A stretch of DNA of 64,000 bases from the NCBI GenBank assembly GCA_016706845.1, contig JADJIV010000020.1:3671-67670 (forward strand). The letters run 5' to 3'. A program made the translations under genes and the position numbers. Shown here piece after piece: positions 29,835-38,763 of the stretch. Every line of letters starts with the position of its first letter. Positions within the stretch are counted from its first letter, which is position 1. The DNA is from a bacterium (GTDB lineage: Bacteria > Krumholzibacteriota > Krumholzibacteriia > LZORAL124-64-63). The notes beneath the pieces were generated by a model, which saw nothing but the letters and a program-made list of their open reading frames with translations, was not told the origin of the DNA and made no database searches.

Positions 29835-30722
29835 ATGATCCGCAGCGCAACGATCACCGTCGCCCTCGTGCTCGGGCTGGCCGCGTCCACGGCGCAGGCG
29901 GCCTTCGAGAACGTCGACATCAGCCCGCGGGCGCGGGCCATGGGCGGCGCCGCCGTGGCGGTCGCCGACGACGCCTTCGCGCCCTTCTTCAACCCGGCCG
30001 GGATGGCGGGGCAGAAGCGCCCCGTCCTGGGCAACTCCTACGTGAAGCCCTACGGCCTGAGCTTCAACGAGCAGATGTACTTCGGCGGCGTGGCGCCGCT
30101 GTCGGCCCGCCTGGGCGCGCTCGGCTTCGGCTACCGCCGCTTCGCCGTGACGTACCAGGACGTCGACCTGACGACCGAGAGCACGTTCACGCTGGCCCAC
30201 GGCCTGACGCTGTACGAGGACCTCCACTCGACGATCAGGTTCGGCACGGCGCTGAACCTCTACGATCTGGAGTACGCCGAGACCGTCGGCGGCGTCGACC
30301 CCGGCCACGCCAGCGTCGTGGGCGCGGACGTCGGCCTGCAGGTCATCCTGCACGAGCGCACCCGCCTGGGCGTGATGGTCCGCAACCTGAACAACCCCCA
30401 GATCGGCCTCGACAACGAGGAGCTCCAGCAGCAGCTGACCGGCGGCATCTCCTACGTGCCGTACGACGGGGTCGTGACCGCCTTCGAGGTGGGCAACTCC
30501 CTCGACGGCCAGACCCGCTACCGCGGCGGCGTCGAGTTCGCCGCCCTCGGGGCGCTGAGCCTGCGCGGCGGCGTGGCCACCAACCCCTCGCTGGTGACCG
30601 GCGGCTTCGGCTACGGCTACGGCGGGATCACGGTCGACTACGGCTTCTCGACGGGCGGCGGGGTGCTGGCCCCCAGCCACCAGTTCGGGATGACCTTCGC
30701 CTGGGGCGGTGAGGCGCCGTGA
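29835..30722 (+). CDS. outer-membrane beta-barrel protein, PorV/PorQ-like
   Basis: Signal peptide …STAQA/AF. N-terminal motif SPRARAMGGAAVAVADDAFAPFFNPAGMAG. Alternating beta-strand pattern. Confidence 0.6.
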   Translation: MIRSATITVALVLGLAASTAQAAFENVDISPRARAMGGAAVAVADDAFAPFFNPAGMAGQKRPVLGNSYVKPYGLSFNEQMYFGGVAPLSARLGALGFGYRRFAVTYQDVDLTTESTFTLAHGLTLYEDLHSTIRFGTALNLYDLEYAETVGGVDPGHASVVGADVGLQVILHERTRLGVMVRNLNNPQIGLDNEELQQQLTGGISYVPYDGVVTAFEVGNSLDGQTRYRGGVEFAALGALSLRGGVATNPSLVTGGFGYGYGGITVDYGFSTGGGVLAPSHQFGMTFAWGGEAP

Positions 30723-33283
30723 GGAACACGATCGCAGCGGTGTGGATGGCGGCGCTGATGCTGGCCGCCGTTCCCGCCGCGCAAGCCTCGTCGGCGTCCG
30801 CCGGCAAGCTCGACCTCAACCAGGCCACGCTGGAGCAGATCCGCGGCCTGCCGGTGAGCGAGGAGCTGGCCCGGGCGATCTACGACCACCGGACCTACGT
30901 GAGCTACTTCGAGAACGTCTACGACCTCATGGAGGTCGCGGGCATGACGCCGGCCGACCTGGCCGCGCTCAAGCCCCTGGTGATGACCCTGCCGCCAGCG
31001 CCCACGGACGCCGGCATGGCCCGCCTGGCCGCCTCCTACGAGCAGGTCAGCGGCTTCCTGAGCCAGGAAGGCGCGAGCGAGGGCCTGGTCGACGAGTACC
31101 TCGACCTGATCCGCGACCCCGTCGACATCAACGGCCTGGACCTGTTCGACCTCATGTCGTTCCAGAACGTGTCGCCGGTGGACGCCAAGGCGATCCTGCG
31201 CGCGCGGCAGCGGCTGGGCGCCTTCGCCGACGACCGCCAGCTGCGGCGCAGCGACGGCCTGAGCTACTTCGCCTTCCGCAACATCCGCGACTTCGTCGTC
31301 TACGGGGCGCCGGAAAGCGGCGGGGGCAGCAAGGTCCACGGCAACTACCAGCTGCGCTGGTACGACACCCCCTACGTGCTCGACGACAGCGACATCGCCG
31401 GCGCGGGCGGCCTGACCTCCGCCGACGAGATCACGGCCGGCACGCTGCTGACCGAGGGGAACGCCCACCTGACCCAGAAGCTGACCCTGAACCTCGGCGA
31501 CGGCTTCCGGGCCGGCGCGCTGACGCACCGCGGACTGGGCGAGGACTCCTGGCGCGAGACGATGAAGGGCTACTTCGGCGTCGACGACCGGCGCTTCGGG
31601 GACCTGCGCCTCAAGCGCCTCTACTTCGGCAACTACCGGGTCGCCTTCGGCCAGGGCCTGATCATGGACAACACGGACTTCATGATGAGCCGCAAGACCG
31701 GCTTCGGCTGGAACAAGCGGCCCATCGGCGTGCGCGGCGACCTCAGCCGCAGCAGCGAGTTCGCCCTGACCGGCCTGGCCGCCGAGGCCAGCTACGGCCG
31801 CCTGCACGGCACGATGTTCCTGTCCTGGGACCGCAAGGACGGCATCCTGAACCCGGACGGGACGGTCAACCAGTACATCGTGATGAAGCCGCGGCCGACC
31901 GACGACTGGCTCGGCGACCACCTGGCCTTCGAGGCCGGGCGCTCCTACGCCGTCGGCGCGCTCAAGGACACCCCGACGCTCCTGAAGCGCGACGCCTTCC
32001 GCGAGGACATCGTCGGCGGCAACCTGAAGTTCATGCTCGACGACGCCTCCTACGTGGGCGTGACGGCCTACGAGGCCAAGTACGACCGGGCCTTCGACGC
32101 CGACCCGTCCACCCTGGTCAGCTATTACAGCCTGGTGGACCGCGACCTGCTGGAAGCCCGCGACAGCGAACTGTGGTCGGGCTACACGAGCGTCGAGGAG
32201 GACGCGACGGCGGGCACCCGCACCGAGCACAAGTTCCGCCGCGTCTACGGCGCCGAGTTCCAGACGGTGTTCGACAACGTTTCGCTACAGGGCGAGTACG
32301 GCGTGCTGCAGGACCCGAAGGCCGGCTGGTTCCACGGGAACAGCCCCGACGCCCTGGTCCTGAACGCCTTCGCCCAGTGGGACGACCTGAACCTGCTGGC
32401 GCTGTACCGCGACTACGACCTGGGCTTCGACAACCCCTACAACCGGGCCTTCTCGAACGACAACCGCTACGAGCAGACCCTGCTGGACTCGCCGTTCCGC
32501 CTCAACGACGACCTCTACTCCTGGCTGGCGGTCAACACGCCGCAGCCGAAGCCGGAGCAGGGCGTCTTCCTGTCCACGCGCTACCGCATCAGCCGCACGC
32601 TGATCCTCAACGGCCTGGAGTACGACCAGTGGCAGCGCAAGTCCGACAACGCGGACCTGCAGCGCTACACGGTGCGCCTGGAGTACCAGCCCACTTTCAA
32701 CCTGCGCTTCCGCCTGCGCCACCGCTTCAGCAGCCGCAGCGAGACCAATCCCGACGACGTGCGCTGGTTCCGCTCCTGGGAGTCGCGGTTCGAGATGATC
32801 ACGCTGCTGAGCAACATGAACCGGCTGCGCTTCATGTACATGACCAGCAACGTGATGTTCCCCCCGCGGGCCCGCCTCAGCGGCACCCCCGACGGGGGCA
32901 CGACGCCCTACGAGGACGACGGCATCCCGGGCGTCGGCACCGCCGGCATGCCGGCCCACGCGTTCCAGGCGATGTACGAGCACCGCCTGTCGCCGGGCGT
33001 CTCGCTGAGCCTCAGCACCGAGATCTACAACGGCTTCGTCTGGAACTTCGAGGGCAACGAGTTCGTGGTCGTCGACGGCCGGGGTTTCCGCAACTGGGCC
33101 AGTATCGAGAGCCGCGTATCGGACCGGCTGTTCTTCCAGCTGAAGGCGACGCGGGACCACAACCTCCCGCGGACCTACCTCGACGTGCGCGCCTACCAGG
33201 ACGCGTACGGCGCCGACATCGAGAGCAGCTACGCGCCGCGGGACTGGACGACGTTCCGCATGCAGCTCGACTACACCTTCTGA
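30719..33283 (+). CDS. outer-membrane protein: N-terminal ComEA-type helix-hairpin-helix repeats fused to a large beta-barrel
   Basis: GTG start in a GTGA overlap. Signal peptide. HhH motifs LDLNQATLEQIRGLPVSEELARAIYDHR and DLMSFQNVSPVDAKAILRARQRLG. About 650 aa of strand-like sequence ending …RMQLDYTF. Confidence 0.65.
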   Translation: MRNTIAAVWMAALMLAAVPAAQASSASAGKLDLNQATLEQIRGLPVSEELARAIYDHRTYVSYFENVYDLMEVAGMTPADLAALKPLVMTLPPAPTDAGMARLAASYEQVSGFLSQEGASEGLVDEYLDLIRDPVDINGLDLFDLMSFQNVSPVDAKAILRARQRLGAFADDRQLRRSDGLSYFAFRNIRDFVVYGAPESGGGSKVHGNYQLRWYDTPYVLDDSDIAGAGGLTSADEITAGTLLTEGNAHLTQKLTLNLGDGFRAGALTHRGLGEDSWRETMKGYFGVDDRRFGDLRLKRLYFGNYRVAFGQGLIMDNTDFMMSRKTGFGWNKRPIGVRGDLSRSSEFALTGLAAEASYGRLHGTMFLSWDRKDGILNPDGTVNQYIVMKPRPTDDWLGDHLAFEAGRSYAVGALKDTPTLLKRDAFREDIVGGNLKFMLDDASYVGVTAYEAKYDRAFDADPSTLVSYYSLVDRDLLEARDSELWSGYTSVEEDATAGTRTEHKFRRVYGAEFQTVFDNVSLQGEYGVLQDPKAGWFHGNSPDALVLNAFAQWDDLNLLALYRDYDLGFDNPYNRAFSNDNRYEQTLLDSPFRLNDDLYSWLAVNTPQPKPEQGVFLSTRYRISRTLILNGLEYDQWQRKSDNADLQRYTVRLEYQPTFNLRFRLRHRFSSRSETNPDDVRWFRSWESRFEMITLLSNMNRLRFMYMTSNVMFPPRARLSGTPDGGTTPYEDDGIPGVGTAGMPAHAFQAMYEHRLSPGVSLSLSTEIYNGFVWNFEGNEFVVVDGRGFRNWASIESRVSDRLFFQLKATRDHNLPRTYLDVRAYQDAYGADIESSYAPRDWTTFRMQLDYTF

Positions 33284-33299
33284 CCGGGAGATCGAGACG

Positions 33300-34589
33300 A
33301 TGATGCTCACGACCAGGAATCACAGCGCGATCGCGGCGGCGGCCGTGCTGCTCGCGCTGCTGTCGCTCGCCTCGCCGCGGCCGGCCGGCGCCGGCCAGGC
33401 GCTGAACGCCGCCTACGGCGACGTCGCGAACTTCCGGCACCCGGAGATCGAGGCCATGTCCGGCACCGGCGCGGCGCTGTTCCGCGGCGGCTTCTCCGCC
33501 GTGCTGAACCCCGCCATGCTCGGGGACGCCGCCGGCTGGCGCCTGGACGCGGCCGGCTCGCTGGCCCAGGACCACGAGGACCGCTTCCAACCCCTCTGGG
33601 ACAGCTTCGGCAGCTACATCACCGACACGGCGATCGCCAGCAACCGCAGCCACGACTTCGACACGGGCTTCGCCCTGTCCGGCCGCGCCCTGCCGCGGCT
33701 CGGCGTCGGGGCCGCCCTGACCACCCGCTACGACTTCGGCTACGAGTTCCGCGAGGAGGTCCGCGACCCCAGCACCACCGCCGACCCCTACGACCAGATC
33801 CTCGAGGAGCGCTCCGTCACCGGCGGCGGCAGCCTGCGCGACCTCAGCCTGGGGACGGCCTGGGAGCCCGGCCCGGGCGTCTCGCTGGGCGCCACGGTCC
33901 ACTACGTCTTCGGGACCCGCACCCTGGACTTCGACCGGCGCGACGTGCAGGTCCCGGCCGACAGCTACCTGGTCTCCGAGTCGCACGACGCCGACGGCAT
34001 GAACGCCACCCTGGGCGTGCGCGCGTGCGCGGGCGAGCGCTTCGTGCTGGGCGCGGCCTGGGACACGCCCCTGAAGATCGAGGGCGACTGGACCACGACC
34101 ACCACGCTGGGCGCCGCCGCCCCGACGGCAGCGGTCGAGGGGGTCACCGTGCAGTACCCCGGCCGCCTGCGGGCCGGTCTCGCCTACTACCCCCGCTCCG
34201 AGCCCCGCACCGTCTTCGCCGCCGACGTCGTCTACACCGAGTGGAGCGAGCTGGAGGACAGCCGCGACGCGGCCGCCGGCGCCGCCCTGGAGAACACGAT
34301 GGACGTGCAGATCGGCGTGCAGCACACCTTCTACAACGGCATGCCGCTGCGCTTCGGCTTCCGCCACCTGGACAGCTACGCCGACCGCGAGGCCGGCACG
34401 GCCAGCTTCAGCGCGGGCGTGGGCTTCCCCTACGCGGCCGGCATGTTCTCCGTCTCGGCGGAGTTGGGCAAGCTGGGCAGCCGCCAGGAGCACTGGTATT
34501 CCTATCCAGACGGGTACGCCGTGGCGCCGACGTCGCGCGTGGAGGACAACCGGTTCCGCGTGGGCGCGGGCCTGACCTACGCCTTCTAG
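33300..34589 (+). CDS. outer-membrane beta-barrel protein (PorV/FadL-like)
   Basis: Signal peptide. Motif MSGTGAALFRGGFSAVLNPAML. C-terminal beta-signal …RVGAGLTYAF. Confidence 0.55.
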   Translation: MMLTTRNHSAIAAAAVLLALLSLASPRPAGAGQALNAAYGDVANFRHPEIEAMSGTGAALFRGGFSAVLNPAMLGDAAGWRLDAAGSLAQDHEDRFQPLWDSFGSYITDTAIASNRSHDFDTGFALSGRALPRLGVGAALTTRYDFGYEFREEVRDPSTTADPYDQILEERSVTGGGSLRDLSLGTAWEPGPGVSLGATVHYVFGTRTLDFDRRDVQVPADSYLVSESHDADGMNATLGVRACAGERFVLGAAWDTPLKIEGDWTTTTTLGAAAPTAAVEGVTVQYPGRLRAGLAYYPRSEPRTVFAADVVYTEWSELEDSRDAAAGAALENTMDVQIGVQHTFYNGMPLRFGFRHLDSYADREAGTASFSAGVGFPYAAGMFSVSAELGKLGSRQEHWYSYPDGYAVAPTSRVEDNRFRVGAGLTYAF

Positions 34590-34618
34590 CCGGGGAGGAT
34601 CCCCCGCGAGGAGTGACC

Positions 34619-36364
34619 ATGAGCATCAGCGCCCGTCGACTGCGCCCCGCAGCCGCGGCCCTGGCCCTGGCCTTCGTCCTGCTCGCCGCCGCCGGCTCTC
34701 CCGGCGGGGCCGGGACCGCCGACGCGCAGCAGGGCCCCGTCCGGCTGCACCTGCTCTGGACGAACGACGTCCACGGCCACATCGCGCCGGAGCCGGCGCG
34801 ATTCATGAACCCGTCGTTCCCGCCGCCGCTGGGCGGCGGCGCGTCGCTGGCGAACTACCTCGCCGGAGTCCGCGAAGAGGCCGCCGCCGCGGGCGAGGAC
34901 GTCCTGGTGGTCGACGTGGGCGATTTCTTCCAGGGCACGCCCGTGGGCTCCAAGACCAGGGGCGACGCCGTCATGGCGTACTTCGAGCAGCTCCGCTACG
35001 ACGTGATCGTGCCGGGCAACCACGACTTCGACATGGGCCGCGACAACACCGAGCGCCTGGCCAACGGCACCCGCATCCCCTTCGTCTGCGCCAACCTGCG
35101 CGACGCCGCGGACGGCGAGATCGTCGACTGGTGCGTGCCCACGCTCATGCTCGAGCGGGCCGGCCTGAAGATCGGCGTCATCGGCATCATCACCACCGGC
35201 ACCGAGCACATGTCCTTCCCGGCGAACATCGAGGGCCTGATCTTCGACCCCATGGTGCCCGTCATCGAGACCTGGCGCGACCGGCTGCGGGCCGACGGCG
35301 CCGACCTCATCTTCCTGCTGATCCACGAAGGCCTGCCCTTCGACCCGCTGGAGGGCTGGCGGCGCATCGTCGGCGGCGGCGAAGCCGAAACCGGCCAGTC
35401 GGAGTCCCAGGGCGGGGCGTACGGCACGGTGACCGGCGGCGCCCTGAACCTCATGGAGATCGTCAACGCGGTCGAGGGCATCGACGTGGCGGTCGGCGGG
35501 CACACGCACCGCGGCTACGAGCAGCCCTGGATCGACCCCATGACCCACACGATGTGCTTCGAGAGCTTCGGCAACGGGTCGAGCGTGGGCCACGCCATCC
35601 TGAAGGTCGACCCCGTCACGCGCACGCTGCTGGGCTACGAGAGCCCGCACGACCGCGGCGTCCTGATCACGCTCTTCGAGGACGAGCTGTGGCCCGACCC
35701 GGCGATGCGCCGCGTCCTGCAGCCCTACCTCGCGAAGACCGACGCGGAGATGGGCAAGGTCGTCGGCAGCGCGGCGGTCAACCTCACGCGCGGCGACCCC
35801 GGCGCCTCCCTGATGGGCAACCTGGTCACCGACGCGATGCGCGAGTACTTCGACGCCGACTTCTCGTTCCAGAACCTCGGCGGCCTGCGCGCCGACGTCC
35901 CGGCCGGCAACATCACGGCGCGCGACGTCTTCAGCGTGCTGCCCTTCGGCAACGAGCTCGTCGTGGTGCAGATGCCGGGCTCCCTGATCCGGACCCTGGT
36001 CGAGCGCAAGGTCGCCGGCGACTCCGGCGGCATCTGCGTCTCGGGCCTCCGCATGCGCTACAACAAGCAGCGCCCCGACGGCGACCGGGTCTGCGAGCTG
36101 GAGATCGCCGGCGCGCCGCTGGACCCCGAGCGCATGTACCGCGTGGTCACCACCACCTTCCTCATGGAAGGCAACAGCGGCCTGGACTTCCTGACCACCG
36201 TGCCGGCGCAGGACATCGAGCTGACCCAGATCACGATCGACGCCGCCTTCGAGCAGTACCTGGAGCGCCACAACCCCGTGCGGCCCCGCGTGGACGACCG
36301 CTGGGTCGAGGACCCCGCCGGCGTCCAGGCCTCCTACCTGGCCAGGCCCCCCGCGGCGGACTGA
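34619..36364 (+). CDS. secreted bifunctional metallophosphatase / 5'-nucleotidase (UshA family)
   Basis: Signal peptide with RR. Calcineurin-like motifs NDVHGH, GDFFQG, GNHDFD and GGHTH, plus a C-terminal 5'-nucleotidase substrate-binding domain. Confidence 0.9.
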   Translation: MSISARRLRPAAAALALAFVLLAAAGSPGGAGTADAQQGPVRLHLLWTNDVHGHIAPEPARFMNPSFPPPLGGGASLANYLAGVREEAAAAGEDVLVVDVGDFFQGTPVGSKTRGDAVMAYFEQLRYDVIVPGNHDFDMGRDNTERLANGTRIPFVCANLRDAADGEIVDWCVPTLMLERAGLKIGVIGIITTGTEHMSFPANIEGLIFDPMVPVIETWRDRLRADGADLIFLLIHEGLPFDPLEGWRRIVGGGEAETGQSESQGGAYGTVTGGALNLMEIVNAVEGIDVAVGGHTHRGYEQPWIDPMTHTMCFESFGNGSSVGHAILKVDPVTRTLLGYESPHDRGVLITLFEDELWPDPAMRRVLQPYLAKTDAEMGKVVGSAAVNLTRGDPGASLMGNLVTDAMREYFDADFSFQNLGGLRADVPAGNITARDVFSVLPFGNELVVVQMPGSLIRTLVERKVAGDSGGICVSGLRMRYNKQRPDGDRVCELEIAGAPLDPERMYRVVTTTFLMEGNSGLDFLTTVPAQDIELTQITIDAAFEQYLERHNPVRPRVDDRWVEDPAGVQASYLARPPAAD

Positions 36365-36502
36365 ATCCCGCCCGGCGATTCCGCCTCAAGCCCGTCCGCC
36401 GCCTACCGATGAAGGTGCGGAGGACGGGCTTCCGCATTTCCGCCCGCCGCCACGATGACCGACGGGGATCCGGCCCGCCCGGACCAACCGAGGAGACGCT
36501 GC

Positions 36503-37744
36503 GTGATCGAGCTGAAGACGGGTGTGGTCAACGAGCAGCTGCGTCGCTTTCGTCTGCGCATGAACCGCATGGTCGTGGGGCAGCCCGCCGCCACGGACCG
36601 GATCGCGGACTGCTTCAGCCGCCTGATCGCCGGGATCCACGATCCCGAGCGGCCGCTGCTGACGATGATGTTCCTGGGGCCGACCGGCGTCGGCAAGACC
36701 GAGACGGTGCGCTGCCTGGCCGAGTCGCTGTTCGGCGACCGCCGGGCCTTCACCCGGATCAACTGCCAGGAGTTCTCGGCCCACTACAACATCTCCAAGC
36801 TGCTCGGCTCGCCGCCGGGCTACGTGGGCGGCGAGATCCGGCCGCTGCTGGCGCAGGAGAATCTCGACAAGCACCACCTCAAGGCCCTGGAAAAGCGCTC
36901 GGGCATGATCTGCGAGGACGGCGGCCGGCTGGCCGACATGTACCCGCCCGAGTCGCCGCGCCGCCTGTCGATCGTGCTGTTCGACGAGATCGAGAAGGCC
37001 CACCCCAAGATGTGGAACACCCTGCTGGGGATCCTCGAGGACGGGCACCTGGTGCTGGCCAACAACGAGGAAGTGGACTTCACCGGCTCGATCATCGTGC
37101 TGACCTCGAACGTGGGCAGCCAGGCGATGAACGAGCGCCTCAGCCGCAGCGGCATCGGCTTCCGCGCCGCCGAAGACGACGCGGGCCTGGACGGCGACCT
37201 CGAGGCCGCCGTCACGCGCGAGGCGAAGAAGATCTTCCCGATGGAGTTCCTGAACCGCTTCGACGAGCAGATCACCTACCACACGCTCAAGCGCGAGCAC
37301 CTCTTCGAGATCCTCGACAACCAGATCTCCCAGGTGCACCACCGCGCCCTGGGCAGCGCCGAGCCCTTCCTGCTGGAGGTCACCCGCCGCGCCAAGGAGC
37401 GCCTGGTCGAGGAGGGCACCGACCCCGAGTACGGCGCCCGCCCCCTGAAGCGCGTGGTGGAGAAGCGGATCGTGACGCCCGTGTCGCACTACATCTGCAG
37501 CGACCAGATCCGCCGCGGCGACCTCGTCATGATCGACCACGACGGCGACGACTACGTGTTCATGAAGGAACCCGGCATCGACTGGGAGCGCGACGAGCAG
37601 GCCGGGCGGGTCACCGCCGCCGGCAAGTGGGCGCGCACGGACCTGGGCGTGCGGGACGACGGGGGCGAGAAGAAGAAGATGGTCGAGGAGGCCGGGCACG
37701 CCGCGGCGCCCGCCGAGGCCCTGACCGGCGCCGTCATCGACTAG
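36503..37744 (+). CDS. single-module Clp/Hsp100 D2-like AAA+ ATPase
   Basis: GTG 36503 after GAGGAG. Walker A GPTGVGKT, Walker B IVLFDEIEKA, sensor-2 GARPLKR. No N-domain or D1 ring. Confidence 0.75.
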   Translation: MIELKTGVVNEQLRRFRLRMNRMVVGQPAATDRIADCFSRLIAGIHDPERPLLTMMFLGPTGVGKTETVRCLAESLFGDRRAFTRINCQEFSAHYNISKLLGSPPGYVGGEIRPLLAQENLDKHHLKALEKRSGMICEDGGRLADMYPPESPRRLSIVLFDEIEKAHPKMWNTLLGILEDGHLVLANNEEVDFTGSIIVLTSNVGSQAMNERLSRSGIGFRAAEDDAGLDGDLEAAVTREAKKIFPMEFLNRFDEQITYHTLKREHLFEILDNQISQVHHRALGSAEPFLLEVTRRAKERLVEEGTDPEYGARPLKRVVEKRIVTPVSHYICSDQIRRGDLVMIDHDGDDYVFMKEPGIDWERDEQAGRVTAAGKWARTDLGVRDDGGEKKKMVEEAGHAAAPAEALTGAVID

Positions 37745-37762
37745 ACCGCGCTGCGGGAACGC

Positions 37763-37795
37763 GAACGGCCGCGCCGATCGACGGCGCGGCCGTTC
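37763..37795. terminator. bidirectional hairpin terminator
   Basis: 14-bp perfect stem GAACGGCCGCGCCG/CGGCGCGGCCGTTC with a 5-nt loop, followed by GTATTTT. Lies between convergent genes. Confidence 0.7.
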
Positions 37796-37823
37796 GTATT
37801 TTCAGCCGGTCGCGGCGCCGGCC

Positions 37824-38165
37824 TCAGGGCTGGAACAGGATCCGGCCGCAGCTCTCGCAGGACATCACGCGGTTCACGTTCGTCACCGACGTGAACGCCG
37901 TGGGCACGTTGGCGAAGCACCCCGTGCAGTGGCCGTCCCAGACCGGGACCACGGGGTTCTCGAAGCGGGTCTTGAGCCGCAGGTAGTAGCTGCGGTGGCG
38001 CGGTTCGATCTGCTCGAGCAGGCCGGCGATGTCGCGCTGGATCTTCTCGACGCTCATGGGGAAGCCCATGGCCTCGAGCGCCTTCGCCTTGCCTTCGTCC
38101 TGGGCGTCCCGCAGCTGCAGTTCCAGGTTCTGGATCGAGACCAGCAGAGCCAGCTGTCGGTTCAT
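37824..38165 (-). CDS. C4-type zinc-ribbon / coiled-coil protein (DUF164-like, short form)
   Basis: 113 aa with paired CxxC motifs, CTGC…CESCGRIL. ATGA overlap with ptsN. Confidence 0.6.
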   Translation of the reverse strand: MNRQLALLVSIQNLELQLRDAQDEGKAKALEAMGFPMSVEKIQRDIAGLLEQIEPRHRSYYLRLKTRFENPVVPVWDGHCTGCFANVPTAFTSVTNVNRVMSCESCGRILFQP

Positions 38166-38680
38166 CCCTGTCCCTCCGTCAAGACCAGGCAGAATTCGGC
38201 GTAGTCGTCGGCTTTCAGCGCGGCGTCGCGCAGGGCGGCGTCCTGCATCTTGTCGATCAGGACGGCGAGCGAGCGGATGTACTGGTTGCCCGTATCCTGG
38301 GGCGGGGCGATCAGCATGAAGAACAGGTGGGTCGGGCCGCCGTCCATCGAGTCGAAGTCCACGCCCGCGCGCGAGCGCGCCACGACGATGATCAGGTTCT
38401 GCGCCGCGAGCGTGCGTCCGTGCGGGAAGGCCACGCCCGGGCCGACGGCGGTGCTGCCCTGGGCCTCGCGGCTCTTGAGCATCTCCAGGATCGTTTCCTT
38501 GTTGGTGATCGGGGAACCGGCGAGCAGGGCGTCGGCCATTTCGGCGAGGACGCCTGTCTTGTCCTTGGCCTGCAACTCCCCGATGAAGCGTGTCCCGGAG
38601 GTGAGTTGCAGGACGTCCTTGATGTCCATGGAGACCGCCTTGTTCTGCGCGCTGTTTCCCTGCATCATTGATCCCGGCAA
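38162..38680 (-). CDS. ptsN: PTS EIIA-Ntr nitrogen regulatory protein
   Basis: EIIA type-2 domain with GPGVAFPHG. The start is ambiguous (ATG at 38680, 38668 or 38629). Confidence 0.8.
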   Translation of the reverse strand: MPGSMMQGNSAQNKAVSMDIKDVLQLTSGTRFIGELQAKDKTGVLAEMADALLAGSPITNKETILEMLKSREAQGSTAVGPGVAFPHGRTLAAQNLIIVVARSRAGVDFDSMDGGPTHLFFMLIAPPQDTGNQYIRSLAVLIDKMQDAALRDAALKADDYAEFCLVLTEGQG

Positions 38681-38763
38681 ACCTAACCAATAGAATGTTG
38701 TTCCTCAAGGTGCAAATAGGTCCGCGTTACGCCGGGAGGCGGCCGGACCGGGAAAGGCGGGGC

